The notes under the pieces were generated by a model. The model did not search any database, had not been told where the DNA came from, and worked only from the letters and a program-made list of their open reading frames with translations. A program made the position numbers and the translations under genes. From Callorhinchus milii (lineage: Eukaryota), in NCBI RefSeq assembly GCF_018977255.1, contig NW_024704743.1:50966001-51030000 (forward strand): a stretch of 64,000 bases of DNA. The letters run 5' to 3'. This document shows positions 24,331-37,310 of this stretch, in pieces; position 1 is the stretch's first letter; each line of letters starts with the position of its first letter.

Positions 24331-24779
24331 ATCCAGTCAGATTGGAAATTCAGGGTGAAGGAGTCATCAACCCATGTCCCAATGCTGATAGTCATAGAAA
24401 TGACAGCGCAGAAGGAGGCCATTCATCCCATGAAGCTTATGCTGCTGTTCACTCATCCATTGTNAAAAAATATTCTTCCTGTTCTTAGCCAGTCCATAAG
24501 AACCCATAAATTTTGAGAAAATATGGAACAGCATAACAAGAAAAGGATATTCAAAATCACTATTTCACTAGTCAACTCAGGGCATTATGAATTCTAACCC
24601 GCATGGTGCAGCTGGGGGAGATCTAAAGCAGGGTATTTGCAATCTGGATTCATGAATGAATTGCAAGTATCGAATCCTGCGAGAACCGGATTTGCATCAG
24701 TTGATCAGGGAGAACAACACTCTGGCATTCTTGGAAGGAGATTGCATTGGAACAGAGTTCACAAGATCACACGATTGAT

Positions 24780-25085
24780 CTGAATGAAGAAGGCCTTTTG
24801 GCTCATTTGATTTTACTCCTTCACAATACCCACTATATTGCCCTCCCGTCACAGGTGTCAAGCTGCTTTTTAAAAGTCCTGTATCCTTGCCAGTGTCCTG
24901 GCCTCAACCACCCTTCTTAGCAACTTGTTCCAGTCATTGCCCCTTTAGCAGCCCCATGTCCTCTTGTTCTACTGTCTTGCTGCATGCTGAAGGATTGTTC
25001 TAAATTTACCCTTTTCAATCTAATTTAAAATGCTACACACCCACTATAAGATCCCCTCTAAGATGTCTTCTCTCAAGACTGATTC
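24780..25085 (-). mobile_element. CR1 3' end
   Basis: ATGAAGAAGGCCTTTTGGCTCAT is the reverse complement of the CR1 terminus at 60255-60282. ATAAGATCCCCTCTAAGATGTCTTCTCTCAAG reverse-translates to LERRHLRGDL. Confidence 0.75.
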
Positions 25086-26074
25086 ATGCACTTGGGAATG
25101 ATGCACATCACAAATCCATATTGCAATTCCTGCACTTTTCAATTTTGACCCTCTGAGAAAAACTAATGGAAAGTTTCTTCTTGTTCCCCCCACCCACACA
25201 CACACACACCAAAACAGAACTGCGGACTGTGGAATATATAACTACCCTCATGTTGTACATTATTTATCATTGACTGGTTGCTTTCATTGGTGTGACATTT
25301 CCATGATCCCAGCAGCTCAGGAGCCACCGTGTTCCAAGCAGCGTTCAATTATCTCCATCTATAGTTAACAAGAAGATAAGAAAGCGAATGCTTAATGTTG
25401 GTGCACCAACCTGCAGTGCCAATCACCCAAGGGAATTTTTGTAATCGGAGCTTTCAAATATTTTAATGCTTTCTTCAATATCATGAGAGTTTCAAACCCC
25501 AGTTTCAAACAGAATGCAAAATGTTGAGTGTCATCTTATTTCGCTCAATAATCCTCCATAATCATATCTGAAAGTAAACTGAGTTTGCTGAAAACTGACT
25601 GAGACAACTACAATTTCTTCACAAAACCTAAACAAAAACAATATCATAAATAATTCTAAGAATTGAATAATGCATCAGCAGAGGAGATTGAGCAGAATGG
25701 AGCGAGGTATTATTTTCCATATTTTACTTGATAAATTCATTGAAACGTTCAAATGAGATGAATTGTATGATGTCATGTGATAATATATTATCCGATTTTA
25801 TCCTGATAGGCTCCATATAGCTTTCATAAGCACCTTAAAGTGTTGGTTGAAATTAGCTTATAAGCATAATATTGTACCAGCTATGCAGCCAGAGTCCAGG
25901 ACTGAAAGATGAAAGTGGCAGTGTCACCTTGATAAAGTTTTAGCATCCTTATACAAAAGACTCACTGAGAGAATCATCAATAACTCCATATTCTAATCAG
26001 CCACTGGCAAAAAGCAAAAGATCCTACCTGTGATTCTTTGCTCCACACCTTTAATAACACATATATCAATCCAT

Positions 26075-26465
26075 TTGATATTGTGCCTTAACATGTGATC
26101 GCGGCATCTCAAAGCGCTTCATAGGATATACTGTAAAGTGTAGTGACTGTGTCTATTTTGTGGGTGATCACAGCATCCAATGTCCCACAAACAACCATGG
26201 AGTTAATGACCAATTTTAATTGCAGAATTGTTGGCCAGGACACCAGGAGAATATCCCTTCTCTTTTCCAATAGAACAATGCGATCTTCAGTGTCCACTCG
26301 GACAGTCTAACAGGACCTCGGTATAACTTCTGTATTGAAAATGACACCTCTGACAATGCAGCACATCCCTAGCACTGCACTAGTGTTCCAAGACCCAATG
26401 TGGGGCTTGAACCCACAATCTTCTGGCTCAAAAGTAAGCAGTGCTACTGATTGAGCTAGGCTGAC
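26075..26465 (-). mobile_element. Deu-domain SINE
   Basis: Head, Deu core and L2 tail are collinear with 13808-14155. Confidence 0.85.
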
Positions 26466-27559
26466 ACAGTGGAACACCAGAGCCAGACTGACAATTTACA
26501 CAATACTGGGACTATTTTACGCTGATAGCTAAATATATATTCCATTATAAAACGTGGGTGAACAGATTTCAGTTTTTAAAGATCAGAATGGTTTTAAATG
26601 AAGCCCAGATGAAAAAAAATTAGAAAAACAATGCTGAGTTTAAACACAACAGATCCAGCAACCCCTCTAATTGTTTCAGTTGTTATAGAACAAAAGGTTT
26701 GGTTCAAACTCCTCAAATAGGGACACTGCTCCTTTAATATAAGGGACAAAAGATAATGCAAGGTTTTGCATGATCGATTTGCGGGTCACATGCTTTCTCT
26801 CTTCCTCAACCCGGCAAACTCACAACACTATTACAGGTACACATTAGTTATGGTTAATTAATACGATTGGTTGCCACTGCCTATGTTACCTGGTATTACA
26901 AATTACATATTGATTCCACCTTGCCTGTTAATACACTTCTTTGGCATTTCATTCATTAAATTTTACTCTTCTGATTTCTTTAATGATTTGCTTTAAATAA
27001 GAAGTTGACCTAATTTTAGAAAAAGGTCTTTTATTGTCATGGTTAAACAGGTTTTGTGTGTAGATGCAATTGAGACCAACGAATTGTGCTTTGGACCTGA
27101 GAACGCTGAGCACAAGACGAGCATTAAAACTCCAAATAATGTGTTAACGGAACAAAGAGGAAATGAAGTGGCGACAGCATGGTGACCTGAATAACTGCAA
27201 ATTTAAATTTAACATGAACAAGAAACCTGAAGTAATCCACGTATCAATGAGATTCCCCGATGAGCAGTGACTGACTGCTCTGTAGCGTACCCGTAGCGTC
27301 TCTTTTGAATATGTACATTACTGCAGTGATTCAGGTCTGGGGACCATTTTAACGCTTCTCAGTTTCTCCCATTGAAGATAAAATCCCTGTTGAGATCCAC
27401 TAATTCAAATAACCCAGTCGATTTTCATTTGTGTGAAATGCAGATTCCTAACTCATCGATTGGAATCCTGTGTTTTGACTGGCTGCCTTCTATCCTCTGA
27501 TTTCTAGCATGATTCTGCATTCACGCAATCTCCACTTGGTGGGGGGGAGGAGATTTATT

Positions 27560-27993
27560 ATTTTTTTCCTTCCATTTGATAAAGAGTCTTATCATGCCAG
27601 GAGAACGTCTCAAAGAGCTTCTCAGGAAATACTGTAAAATATAAATGGGATTTTGTTAGCGAACACAGCAGCCAATTTGCTTACAATAATGTCCTCCAAA
27701 CAGCCAGGAAGTGAATGAACTATTTTTGTTGAACAAGGATTGTTGGTCAAGACACTGTGAGGAACTCACTTGTCTTTTTGAAAGTGCCATGGATCATAAA
27801 AGTCCACCTGAGCAAGCAGACGGAAGCTCCGCTAAATGTCTTATTCTTGGAACAGCACCACTCATAATGCAACATACACGCAGCACTGCACTGGAGTGTT
27901 AGCCTAGGCTATGTAAGTTTGATGCCCGACCTGATGCTTGAACCCACAAGCTTCTGACTCAGAGGCGAATGCACTATCAACTGAGCCAAGCTG
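27560..27993 (-). mobile_element. Deu-domain SINE inserted in the arm of a MITE
   Basis: Head ..CTTCTGACTCAGAGGCGAATGCACTATCAACTGAGCCAAGCTGA and core GTGCCATGGATCATAAAAGTCCACCTGAGCAAGCAGAC. Confidence 0.85.
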
Positions 27994-28379
27994 ACTATTT
28001 TCTTAGCATTTCGAAGCCTGCAAATTCTTAAAATTCACTCTTCAACCAGATAAAATCAGTCTTTTGCTTTATGTCTGTTGGTGAGACATTGCCGTGTGAA
28101 AATCAATTGCCACATTTGTCTACAAAAATGCAGTCATTACATTTTACAGTAAATCCTATGAAGCACTTTGAAATCTCTCTCCAATATGTTAAGGTACTAC
28201 GTCAAATGCAAAAATTAATATAAATTATTATTAAATTATTAATAATATTATTGGAACCAAAATTCTGTAGATTCTTTAATCAGCTGAAAATTAAGACTGA
28301 ATTTAAGAATTTGACAAATTCTACGTGTGCAGAAATGCTAAGAAAATAGTGAAGCTTGGACCCATGTAGAATTGCTCCC
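27994..28379. mobile_element. Palindromic MITE-like element, copy 2, with a nested SINE tail (about 28070-28210)
   Basis: Perfect 19-bp inverted repeat at 27994-28012 and 28332-28350. The right end GACCCATGTAGAATTGCTCCC resembles the MITE ends at 22977 and 48750. Confidence 0.7.
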
Positions 28380-30042
28380 TCCTGGATGCTCCTGGACATT
28401 CCAGGGACCAATTTAAAGTTTAGTTCTACACAAATGGCCTGATTTTAGCTTTCAAGACCATTTAGTCTTAAAATTTAACATCACACAGATTTGTGCAAAA
28501 ATCTTTAATTCAATCTTAATTGGAACACAGGTTTCTTTTCAAGAACTGCAGAATAAAAACAGCCTCTGCATTCTGAATAAGTTGAGGAATTTTCCCTTCA
28601 AAAATGTTCTTCACTTTTAAAATTTTAGCAAAATGAACTCACAGGCTACGACCGGGTGAAATTCTGGGCCTTGGGCTGACTTCCCAACTCTAAACTCTGC
28701 CAATGTTCACAGGATCTGATTTCAGGTGCTTTATGCTAGTTTAAATATAAATTTGAAATTTAATAAAGTTTTTTGGCCCAAGTGCTAACAGAAAGAATTA
28801 CATTACGCACTGCCATGTGTGAGGGGGACCTAACTGTTGCAGGGGTGAGTCTAATAGTGCTACAGAGCTCTTTAATTTGAGTCATGGCAGTTGGTTTATG
28901 TTTTTTGGATCAAATGAGTCTGTGTATTTGATGGTGAAGACAAGCTACTGAGCAGCATTCTAAAACAATTGACCAAAACAATACAAAAGATCTTCTATCC
29001 ACAACACAAGTTTGAATTTATCTACCTTATGCGTTTGAAGTAATATATCACTGCTATAATTCTTATATGTTCTTGAGGTTTCCTGCTGGGCTATGCGCCA
29101 TTTCCTCCTCAGTGCTGGAGGAATGCTTTAGCACCACAGAAAAACAAAAAACATATTTTATGGCTTTAATTTAATATTTTGGGCAGTGTAATGTGGAGAT
29201 CCAGTGCCACAAAATAAAAATTATATAAATGGAGGCTTTTACTCTCCAGCTAACACTGGTGCAATGACCTCCCCACCCCCAACCTCACCTCCCACACCAA
29301 ATATCTAATGTTTGAGAACCTCCCTCTTCTGCACAATTACTCTGTTCCGCAATGAGTGGCAAAGTTCAACCCTCACCTGCCCAATGCTGTAATGCTCAAT
29401 TGCCCAGACTCAGGATAACCTCAAGCCAAGAAAAGCAGCGGGCAACAAAGCAGCTCTGACTCCAGCACAGAACTTCAGACGTCGTAGTTGGACTCATTTT
29501 TGATCCCAATCAACACCCTTGTCAAGATTAACTGCTTCCTCGACAACACAAAGTTAATATCAGGTTCCCACCTTGTATGCCACAAGCCAGAACCATTTAA
29601 TTGATTTTATTTTCAAGCTCTCAATGGCAATCCAGTCTGTTGAAATTCTCTTTTCAAACAAATTAAGTTTTGTAAGATATGTTGCTGTGGATTGGTTTAG
29701 GACTTGCTTTTATTAAAAAAATAACATCGATGGTCATTGACAAAAGAAAATCAGAATGGCTTAGGAATTCCACTATCCATCAGTACTATGCACATTATTG
29801 CCTCTAAGGACTATCTCATTTAACAGAAACTTTTTTTTAAGCAGCGTTCTCCTTATTTAGATAGCATTTATTATGGTGCCCCTGAGTTTCACTGGTATCA
29901 TGTTTCCCCAGAAAGACCTGATGCACGGCTTTGATATTTTATATTTTAATTGTCAAGGTCAGTCGTCTGAATGTCTTGTGAAGAAAAACAGTGAGATTGG
30001 ACGTGCTGCAGGCAGCTTTCTCTCCTCAATGTGCAGCAAACG

Positions 30043-30056
30043 TCAACAGGGGGCAG
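30043..30056 (+). promoter_or_regulatory. Candidate CTCF site
   Basis: TCAACAGGGGGCAG matches 12 of 14 positions of CCASYAGRKGGCRS, in a non-repeat patch that locally retains CpG. Confidence 0.4.
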
Positions 30057-31464
30057 TGCAGTCTCTGGCCTGTTAGACACGCAATGCGATGTGAGCTCTG
30101 GACGATATACATCACTTAGCACCCACCGCACAATGTTTTCCTTCTGCAAAGGACTTCGACCTTTATATATTCATCACTCTGTCCAGCTGACATTAAGTGC
30201 GAACGAACATGTCCTTTTCACTATTCTGGCCCGTGATTGGGTATAATAATTAGCAGGTTTTAAAACACTCTTCTTTAATCGTCCACGGTTAAGCTTTGCT
30301 CAGTGTTTTTGCTACGTGACACTGTTCAGATTCTTGAGTTAACATTAACAGGACAACATTGAATCCACCCACTAGGTTACATTTAATTATGAAGTATACA
30401 AGTTGCACTGATAATCGAAAAACAACAGTACTGTAGGATGCTTTCCATGTGGGGAAGAGGGTGGGGGTGAGAGAAACAGGGGGCATGTTTTCTTACAGCA
30501 TATACTCAGTGGTAGAAAGTGTCAGCATTTCATTACTTTAACCATACAGGAGCCTTCAGGGTTTATGACTGTTTATTCTAAACTGGAACCAATTAGCTTC
30601 TGGTTCTGCTTGCCTCTGTCTCTCCTTGTGACAATTTATTTCCAACCCATGTCTGCCTTTTCCTGGCATGACTGCTGATGTGAAGAAGAAGGAAGGCTGA
30701 TACCTCTTCATTAATTACAATATCTGCCCATTTTCTCCTCCCTGTGAAGAGGAAGCTTGGGATTTTTGGGAAAAAACATGAGGTGGTCCTTGTCATTATA
30801 ATTACTCTTTAAAGAAAGCCACGTAACACAATGATATATTCAACAAAATTGCAATGGAATAATCCCAAGCTTTCTTTTCCTCGTCTAATTTTCATTTTTA
30901 ACTTTATTCCTTTCTTTCTCCCCTGTCTGAATCATTTACTGTCTATGTTTTCTGGGGGACAGGAAGGTTCATTCTGTTCCTTATAGTTCAGCAGCTGCCC
31001 ATTGATTTCTTGAACAAATTAGTCTCGCTGCTTTCACATCATCAGTAGCACACACCAAAAACAATCCAAAATTCCTCTTCTCTTCTTCATTTTACAGAAA
31101 CAGTCCATCTGCTTACGGCCACACAACCGATGTTAAACAGCATTATACACTGACCCATCGATGCCCACAAATGAAATCTACAGACTGCAGGTTTTACACA
31201 TTGCATGAATGACAGAACGAAAGAGGATGGGAAAGGGTAAGAGAGAGAGAGAGAGAGAGTGCTACAATACCAATTATTTCAGTGGATTACGATAATAATG
31301 TGAACATTTAAAGAGTACAATCTATTCTAGATTATTTGCTAACAATCATGTAATTACTATATCGGTACAATAATTCCCTGTACTTGTTTGGTCTCCTCTT
31401 AACGTTAATGTATTTTGACAATACTAAATAGGCACTCTCATCTTTATTTATTAATTCATACACA

Positions 31465-31645
31465 TTATGGTGGGGCGTGTTATCCAATATGTGTAAAGAA
31501 AATTGAACAGAAAATTACAATAAAATCTGGAGATTTTATCCATAAGAAAGATTTTTAGATATTATGGTGGGGCACATTATCCACTACGTTTAACGTAAGA
31601 AAATGAACAGTAAATTATACATAACATCTGCAGGATTTATGAAAA
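31465..31645. repeat. Diverged tandem duplication, ~96-bp unit x2
   Basis: ATTATGGTGGGGC..TTATCCA.TA.GT..AAGAAAA.TGAACAG.AAATTA starts at 31465 and again at 31561. Confidence 0.8.
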
Positions 31646-31967
31646 AGAAACTGTTTGGGTTCTAAGGTGCTGTTGTTTGTATTGTGTGTTAAATGTTGTT
31701 GTGTAAAAGTTATTTCACACACAACACATTTAAAAATAGTAATTATTGCAGGTTGTGAAAAATGGAGATATAATGGGGAGTAATCACATATTTTCCAAAA
31801 TGTGAACACAAAGAACACTACAAGATCAAGCTCATCTCAATAAACCACAAAGTCAAGCGTGACCTTTGAATGATGAATTTATTTTAAATTCTAAAATGGG
31901 ATCAACACTGTAATAATTAATTGGCATTACTTTCCTTTGTTTCCCCACCCCTCCTCTTTCTTGCTAC

Positions 31968-32207
31968 CTTCCTAGGTTTTGTTCTGCCTTTGTAAATGAT
32001 ACTCTATTATCCACCTTCTTCTTGAAATCCTTGACTCTCTGACACTTTCTGTCTCGCACGGTGACCTTTGAAATAACTCCTTGTCCTATAGACTGACAAT
32101 ATCTTCCTGCAGGCACTGGGTATAGCTCAGAGGATTGTTGCGAGACGAGTCCTTCTTCTTCAGTCTGCAGATTGTCTGGATTAACCAGACAACCTTGCAG
32201 TGTCTGC
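31968..32207 (-). CDS. Possible 240-nt symmetric exon, product unrecognised
   Basis: AG|..|GT bounded (ttttgacag|GCAG ... GGAAG|gtagca) and open in one frame: QTLQGCLVNPDNLQTEEEGL..VISKVTVRDRKCQRVKDFKKKVDNRVSF... The pyrimidine tract is weak and I recognise no domain. Confidence 0.15.
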
Positions 32208-33329
32208 CTGTCAAAACTTGACTATTACAGCTATAGGTCAATCAGAAAGCATTCAAAGATAATAAGAAAGTAGTTGTACCAGTGAACTCTCGACATGCTG
32301 CACTGAAAACCAAGAGAGAGATGGGGAGCTGAATTTCTGCCAATGAAATTACTACTCATTAATTTTAAAAAGGCAGTACCTGACGTCTCTGGGATTTCTA
32401 ACTTTATTCTAATTTTGTGGTCTTAACATTACAGTCAGGTAGAAAAAAAAGTGCTTATAGATTTGCTTTACAGTGCCATGCAACAGCTGCCTTCTGTTTA
32501 ATAATCCATTATAAATCATAGTTTACAGTTGCTCTGACTCCAGTTAAACTTGGTAAAATGCTAATAGTATTTATATCTGGCTAATACTTGCAGCAGGTTT
32601 GTTAATAATTTTTTGGAAGATATATAGCAATTTGAAAACTTGTTGCAGGTTGTTTTTACCTCAGTTTTTACATCCCAGACAACCAACTCAGAATTAGTGA
32701 CAATTTTATTTATTGATTAATTAGTACTGAGTCCCGTCTTTCAACCAAGGTCACATTTTCTTGTTCACAGAAGCAAGTTTATAAAATCTGATTATAAAAT
32801 GATTTCCAGTAAGATATCTGTGTTTAAAGTCTTCATTCGCTGCCTGGTCGAACATTACAGTTTTATCCTTTTAATATTCACAAATTCCACAAAATAAACA
32901 CAGTTTCTCTGGCACTGCACCACAATGATCATTCACAGAAAGTTTATGGACCATCTAATCCTTACTTAAGCTATCAAACTTTAGACCCATGCAAAAAGCC
33001 TTTCACCATATGTTGACTCTCACAATAGAAGAAAAGAAACTCCCCGTAGTTTTTTTTTTATTTAAAGCCACAGGATCCCATAAGCATTGCAATTGAATGT
33101 GATGAAAATTGAATTTTCATGCCGTTTGGTTATTTGAAAGCGCTGACTTCAATCAGAATACAAAATCAGGTCAATTCCCTTATTTTACTGTACTGCGTGG
33201 TGCTCTGCATTAGCAAAGCAGTGGCCAACTGGCCTGCTTCTCGCAGCAGTGTCAATGTGTCAATGATGTTGCAGCAATTGACAGGTGGCGCAATGCAACT
33301 GTCTTGAGCTTTTTTTGCTGGTGGNAAAA

Positions 33330-33545
33330 AAATCAGCCACGTGAAACATCAGTTTTTTTTCCCCAATAAATGTATCACAATAAAAGCCTGTGTACAAAAT
33401 AAAAACTAGGTATAGAAGAGGCACAAGGCCTCTAAATTGTGCTAACGGGAGTGACTGCTACCGGTAACCGGAAGTGAATTACACAAACAGGCGGGAACTC
33501 TGCTCCGACACGAAGTGTGTTGCAGTGGAGTCGGTCGAAAGCATG
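33330..33545. promoter_or_regulatory. Promoter-like CpG-retaining patch
   Basis: CACGTG at 33338-33343, ACCGGAAGTG (ETS/GABP consensus) at 33467-33476 and GGCGGGAA (E2F-type) at 33490-33497. About 8 CpG in 33445-33540 against a CpG-depleted background. Confidence 0.45.
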
Positions 33546-36500
33546 ATTTTCCAGTGGCTGGTATTTACTTTTGTGATGTTGAGGCCATTATTTCAAAGTC
33601 CTGCTATGAATACCATGGTTTAGACCCCACTGTTCATTTAAACACTTAAGTCACCTCCTTAGCAAACCAAAATGGTTCTTGAAAAGGATCATTGTTGTTT
33701 AAAGAAAATTTTGATGGTGTGTTTTGTTGACATCATATGTCATTTATTTTAAAGTGATAATTGTAGAAAGATGGTAATAAACATAAAAAGAATAAAATGT
33801 TATATATTAGATTAGATACTTTCATAAAAATCAAAATCAATGTTTTAAGAATAATCAACAACAAATATAAACCACTATTTTGAAATGGTCACTTTCAACA
33901 AGATGTGTAGAGTTGATTAAATATTTAGTGCATTATTAATATTAGGATGAGATTTTGAAAAGTGCACTTAGCAGTTTTACAATATAAACCACAATATACA
34001 CATTTGTAAACAGGATTTCTGCAATTTTTCCAGAGGAATTTTAGAGGTAGCACTGCTGAAATGAAAAGGATCAATACATTTAAGAAATTACTAAAAGGCT
34101 ATAATAATATTCTTCCTTTTATAGGGTGTGCTGAAGAAATAGCTAGAATGGAAAGACAGAAGGGTTTGTTTTCTGGAAAGGGATGAAGGGCCTTTTTCAT
34201 TCGAACTTCTTTTGGGATTATGAGAAATTCTCCTAAATTGTGATTCCCCAAAGCTTCAGATTACCATTTCTATTAGCTACAATCTTCACATTGTTCATAC
34301 TGCAATTTCAAGCATAATGGGTCAGATTTCGGACTTTGTGGGCAGACAGTGGGTAATGAGTTTCAAACAGTCGTGAACCTTGGTGCAGTGGACAATTCTG
34401 CTCCCATTTCATCACTGCTGGAGGTTGCCACTATATTCAAATAACAATAAACTTCAACTTGATATAGTGCCTTATCACATTGTTGAAATGGCTCAAAGTG
34501 CTTCACATGATTTTACTGTGAAGGCATTGACTGTCGAATCTGTAGGTGAACATGGCAGCCATTTTGCACGTACAAACAAACAGCCCTGAAGTGAATGATC
34601 CATTTACAGCAGAGTGCAGGGAGGACCTCAGAGTCCATTTGAATTTAAATCATTTTTTTCTCCCTGTCAAAATTTGACTGGTCTCACAGATTCCGGTTTG
34701 CAAAAGAAAGGATTTAAGGTTTGTTTGATAATTAAGAACACCTTGAAACATTTAAAGAAAACTAAAGGCTGGTATTATTTCCGCTATCACTATCACCGTC
34801 AACAAGAAAATTGTGACAGGATCTCATTTCCACTTGTCCCCCATTAGATTGGCAGTCGACAATCCCCATTGCCAATGCTGGTTAGACCGGGGGTGGGGGG
34901 AGTTGGGGGGGGGGGAATTCCACTCCTGTCAGTAACTGCTGCCAACAGGTTAAAAACCATAAATCATCACTGGTAATACTGCTCCCAGTCATCATCAAAA
35001 TATAATCTAAACCAAAGTGTTTGGTGCAAGTCTTAATCATCCCCCAGCACATGAAGCTTGGTAGCATGTCGAGTTTTGTTATTTGGATCTATATTGATGG
35101 AGTACCTCACTCCAATACTACAGTATTAGCAAATAGGCTTTATTTCGCAGGTTCACAAATATTGCACTTCACATTCGAGAAGCCACTTTTAGCTGTCAGA
35201 AATGTATTCCACCAAAGCAAAATGTTGGAAGTGATATTTTCAAATGGGATTAGAAGCTCACCGTCGTTGCTTACATTTCATACAGAAAAGTGATCAGAAA
35301 CACCTTCTACCTGAACAATACACAACACATAACGGGTAGGATTCAGAACCCTGTGAGACGACCCCCATCACGATCAGAGAATTCAAAACGTTAAAGAACG
35401 CAAATTTCTGTTAGCTAATGATTTTTAACGGCTGGTGATGTCGCACTCTTTCCAGACGATGTTTTCATTTCATTCGAAACATACAAAGCCTTTGTGCGAA
35501 CCCATGTTAGCTAGTGCTCTGCCTCTCGCAAGCTGCTGCATAAATTCTTAAGCCTGTTTGTTGAATGAAAGCACGTGCTGTGCCTGTAGATTTGCATAGA
35601 ACTTTTCATGAGGACTGTGTATTCTACTTATTAATTTATGGTACAGTCACTGTGTGAACTCTGCAGCCAGCTCCAATTACGAAGTGAAAACGTGAAATGA
35701 TGCATACCTAAAAGGTAAGGCAAAACATATATATAAGCATAAAGTAGACTTAACAATTTCTTGGGCAGAGATTAAACGTGCAAATGTTTACCTTGCAGTC
35801 CATAAGCTCTGTTCTGGTTTGCTGCACCGCTACCTGTTGTGACATATTTAATAGTGCTTTTCATAAAGCTCAATGTTTACAAGGAAAACAAATACAAACT
35901 GGAAATAAGTACACACTGTGCCGACTTGTGGGAATGAAAACTGGCAGGAAACCTTAGGTTAAAATAACATTTTAAACAAGAAAAACACACAAGAGCTTGT
36001 TCCAAATTAGACCAGGTTCATTTATCATACCTACCTGAGTTATGGTCCACCATAAATTACTTTTATTTCCTTTCTGTCACTTAAATAGTCTGTGCATATG
36101 CATGACAGGTCCAAAAGTGAAAACTGAGTCAAAAGCGTGTGATTTATTAGCCAGGGTAAACACCTGCAACTTAGTAGCTCAGAAATTACTCACAAGTAGC
36201 ACATTAGCACACCTAATCAAGCAGTTTCAGGAGCTCAGCTCCTTTACCTTCCTATAACTGAGACTGGATATGACTGCCTGGGGAGGTTCTGTGTGAGTGA
36301 TTGCACTGACCTGTAGTGCACCACTCAGCCCAATGCTTAATGGGAGCTTCCCACATCTCACACAGACATGAAGCTACAGCCATGGCCTGTATAACCCACT
36401 GAGACTTCAGATTGTATCAATGTGAAACCATCTACATGAGCTATTTTATCCAACTTGCATTCTGTTTTTTTGTTTTGAAAGAAGAAACTTCTATACAAAG

Positions 36501-36969
36501 TGTTCCAGTCAAAATATATTTTTTATTTTTCATACACTGTATATCTCAATCTCCTACACGTTCCTTTTTTAAATTGCATTTCATCTTCCATTTTTTTGAT
36601 ACCTTACTTTTAAGGGAACTACCACCTGAAAGACACTTCCCCCCCCCCCACTAATAAATGTACTTTATAAGCATGCCAACATTGCCACATACCTGAAGGC
36701 AGTACAAATGACTGGATTTGACCAACTAGTAGGTGGAGATCAGAAGACATGCAGATGTGGCTAGACAGATGCAATAAGACTCTTTTCTAAATATCAATCA
36801 AAGCTTTGCAAGTTTACTCCTGTTATAATGCCCAAAACATAACTGACGATTATTGTATGCTGTGTAGCTATTCTAACAACGCATTGTCTTTCAAAATAAC
36901 ATGCTCCACTTGATATGATAACTTATATAGGCAAATTATTTCCATAAATGATTGTTATTCTCAATTATA

Positions 36970-37310
36970 ATAATATAGCACCTACAAAGTCGAAACATGT
37001 TTGTAGGTAATTGCTCCAATGTGCACAGCAATGCTCGAAAAACAGCCATAAAGTGAATGACCAATTAATCTGAGGAATTGGTGCTAGGATACCAGGAGAA
37101 ACTCTTTTCAAATACTAACATAGGATCTTTGACATCTGCACGAACAGTCAAATGGGTCTTTGGTTTAAAGCCTCATTTGAAGGATGGCATCTCTGTCAAT
37201 GTAAGCCTCCCCTTACATTTACTGATGTGTCAGCCTAGACTGTGAATCTTAATGTGAGGTTTGAACCCACAATCTTCTGACCCAGAGATGAGAATGGATC
37301 AACTGATCCA
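36970..37310 (-). mobile_element. Deu-domain SINE, diverged
   Basis: TTGAACCCACAATCTTCTGACCCAGAG head region and Deu core. Confidence 0.8.

Noticed and set aside
34889..34915. G-quadruplex-capable G runs (also about 49004-49036)
   Set aside because: Common homopolymer-rich patches with no supporting context.
36737..36762. Resemblance to miR-383 (AGATCAGAAG..TGTGGCT)
   Set aside because: The middle does not match and there is no precursor hairpin.
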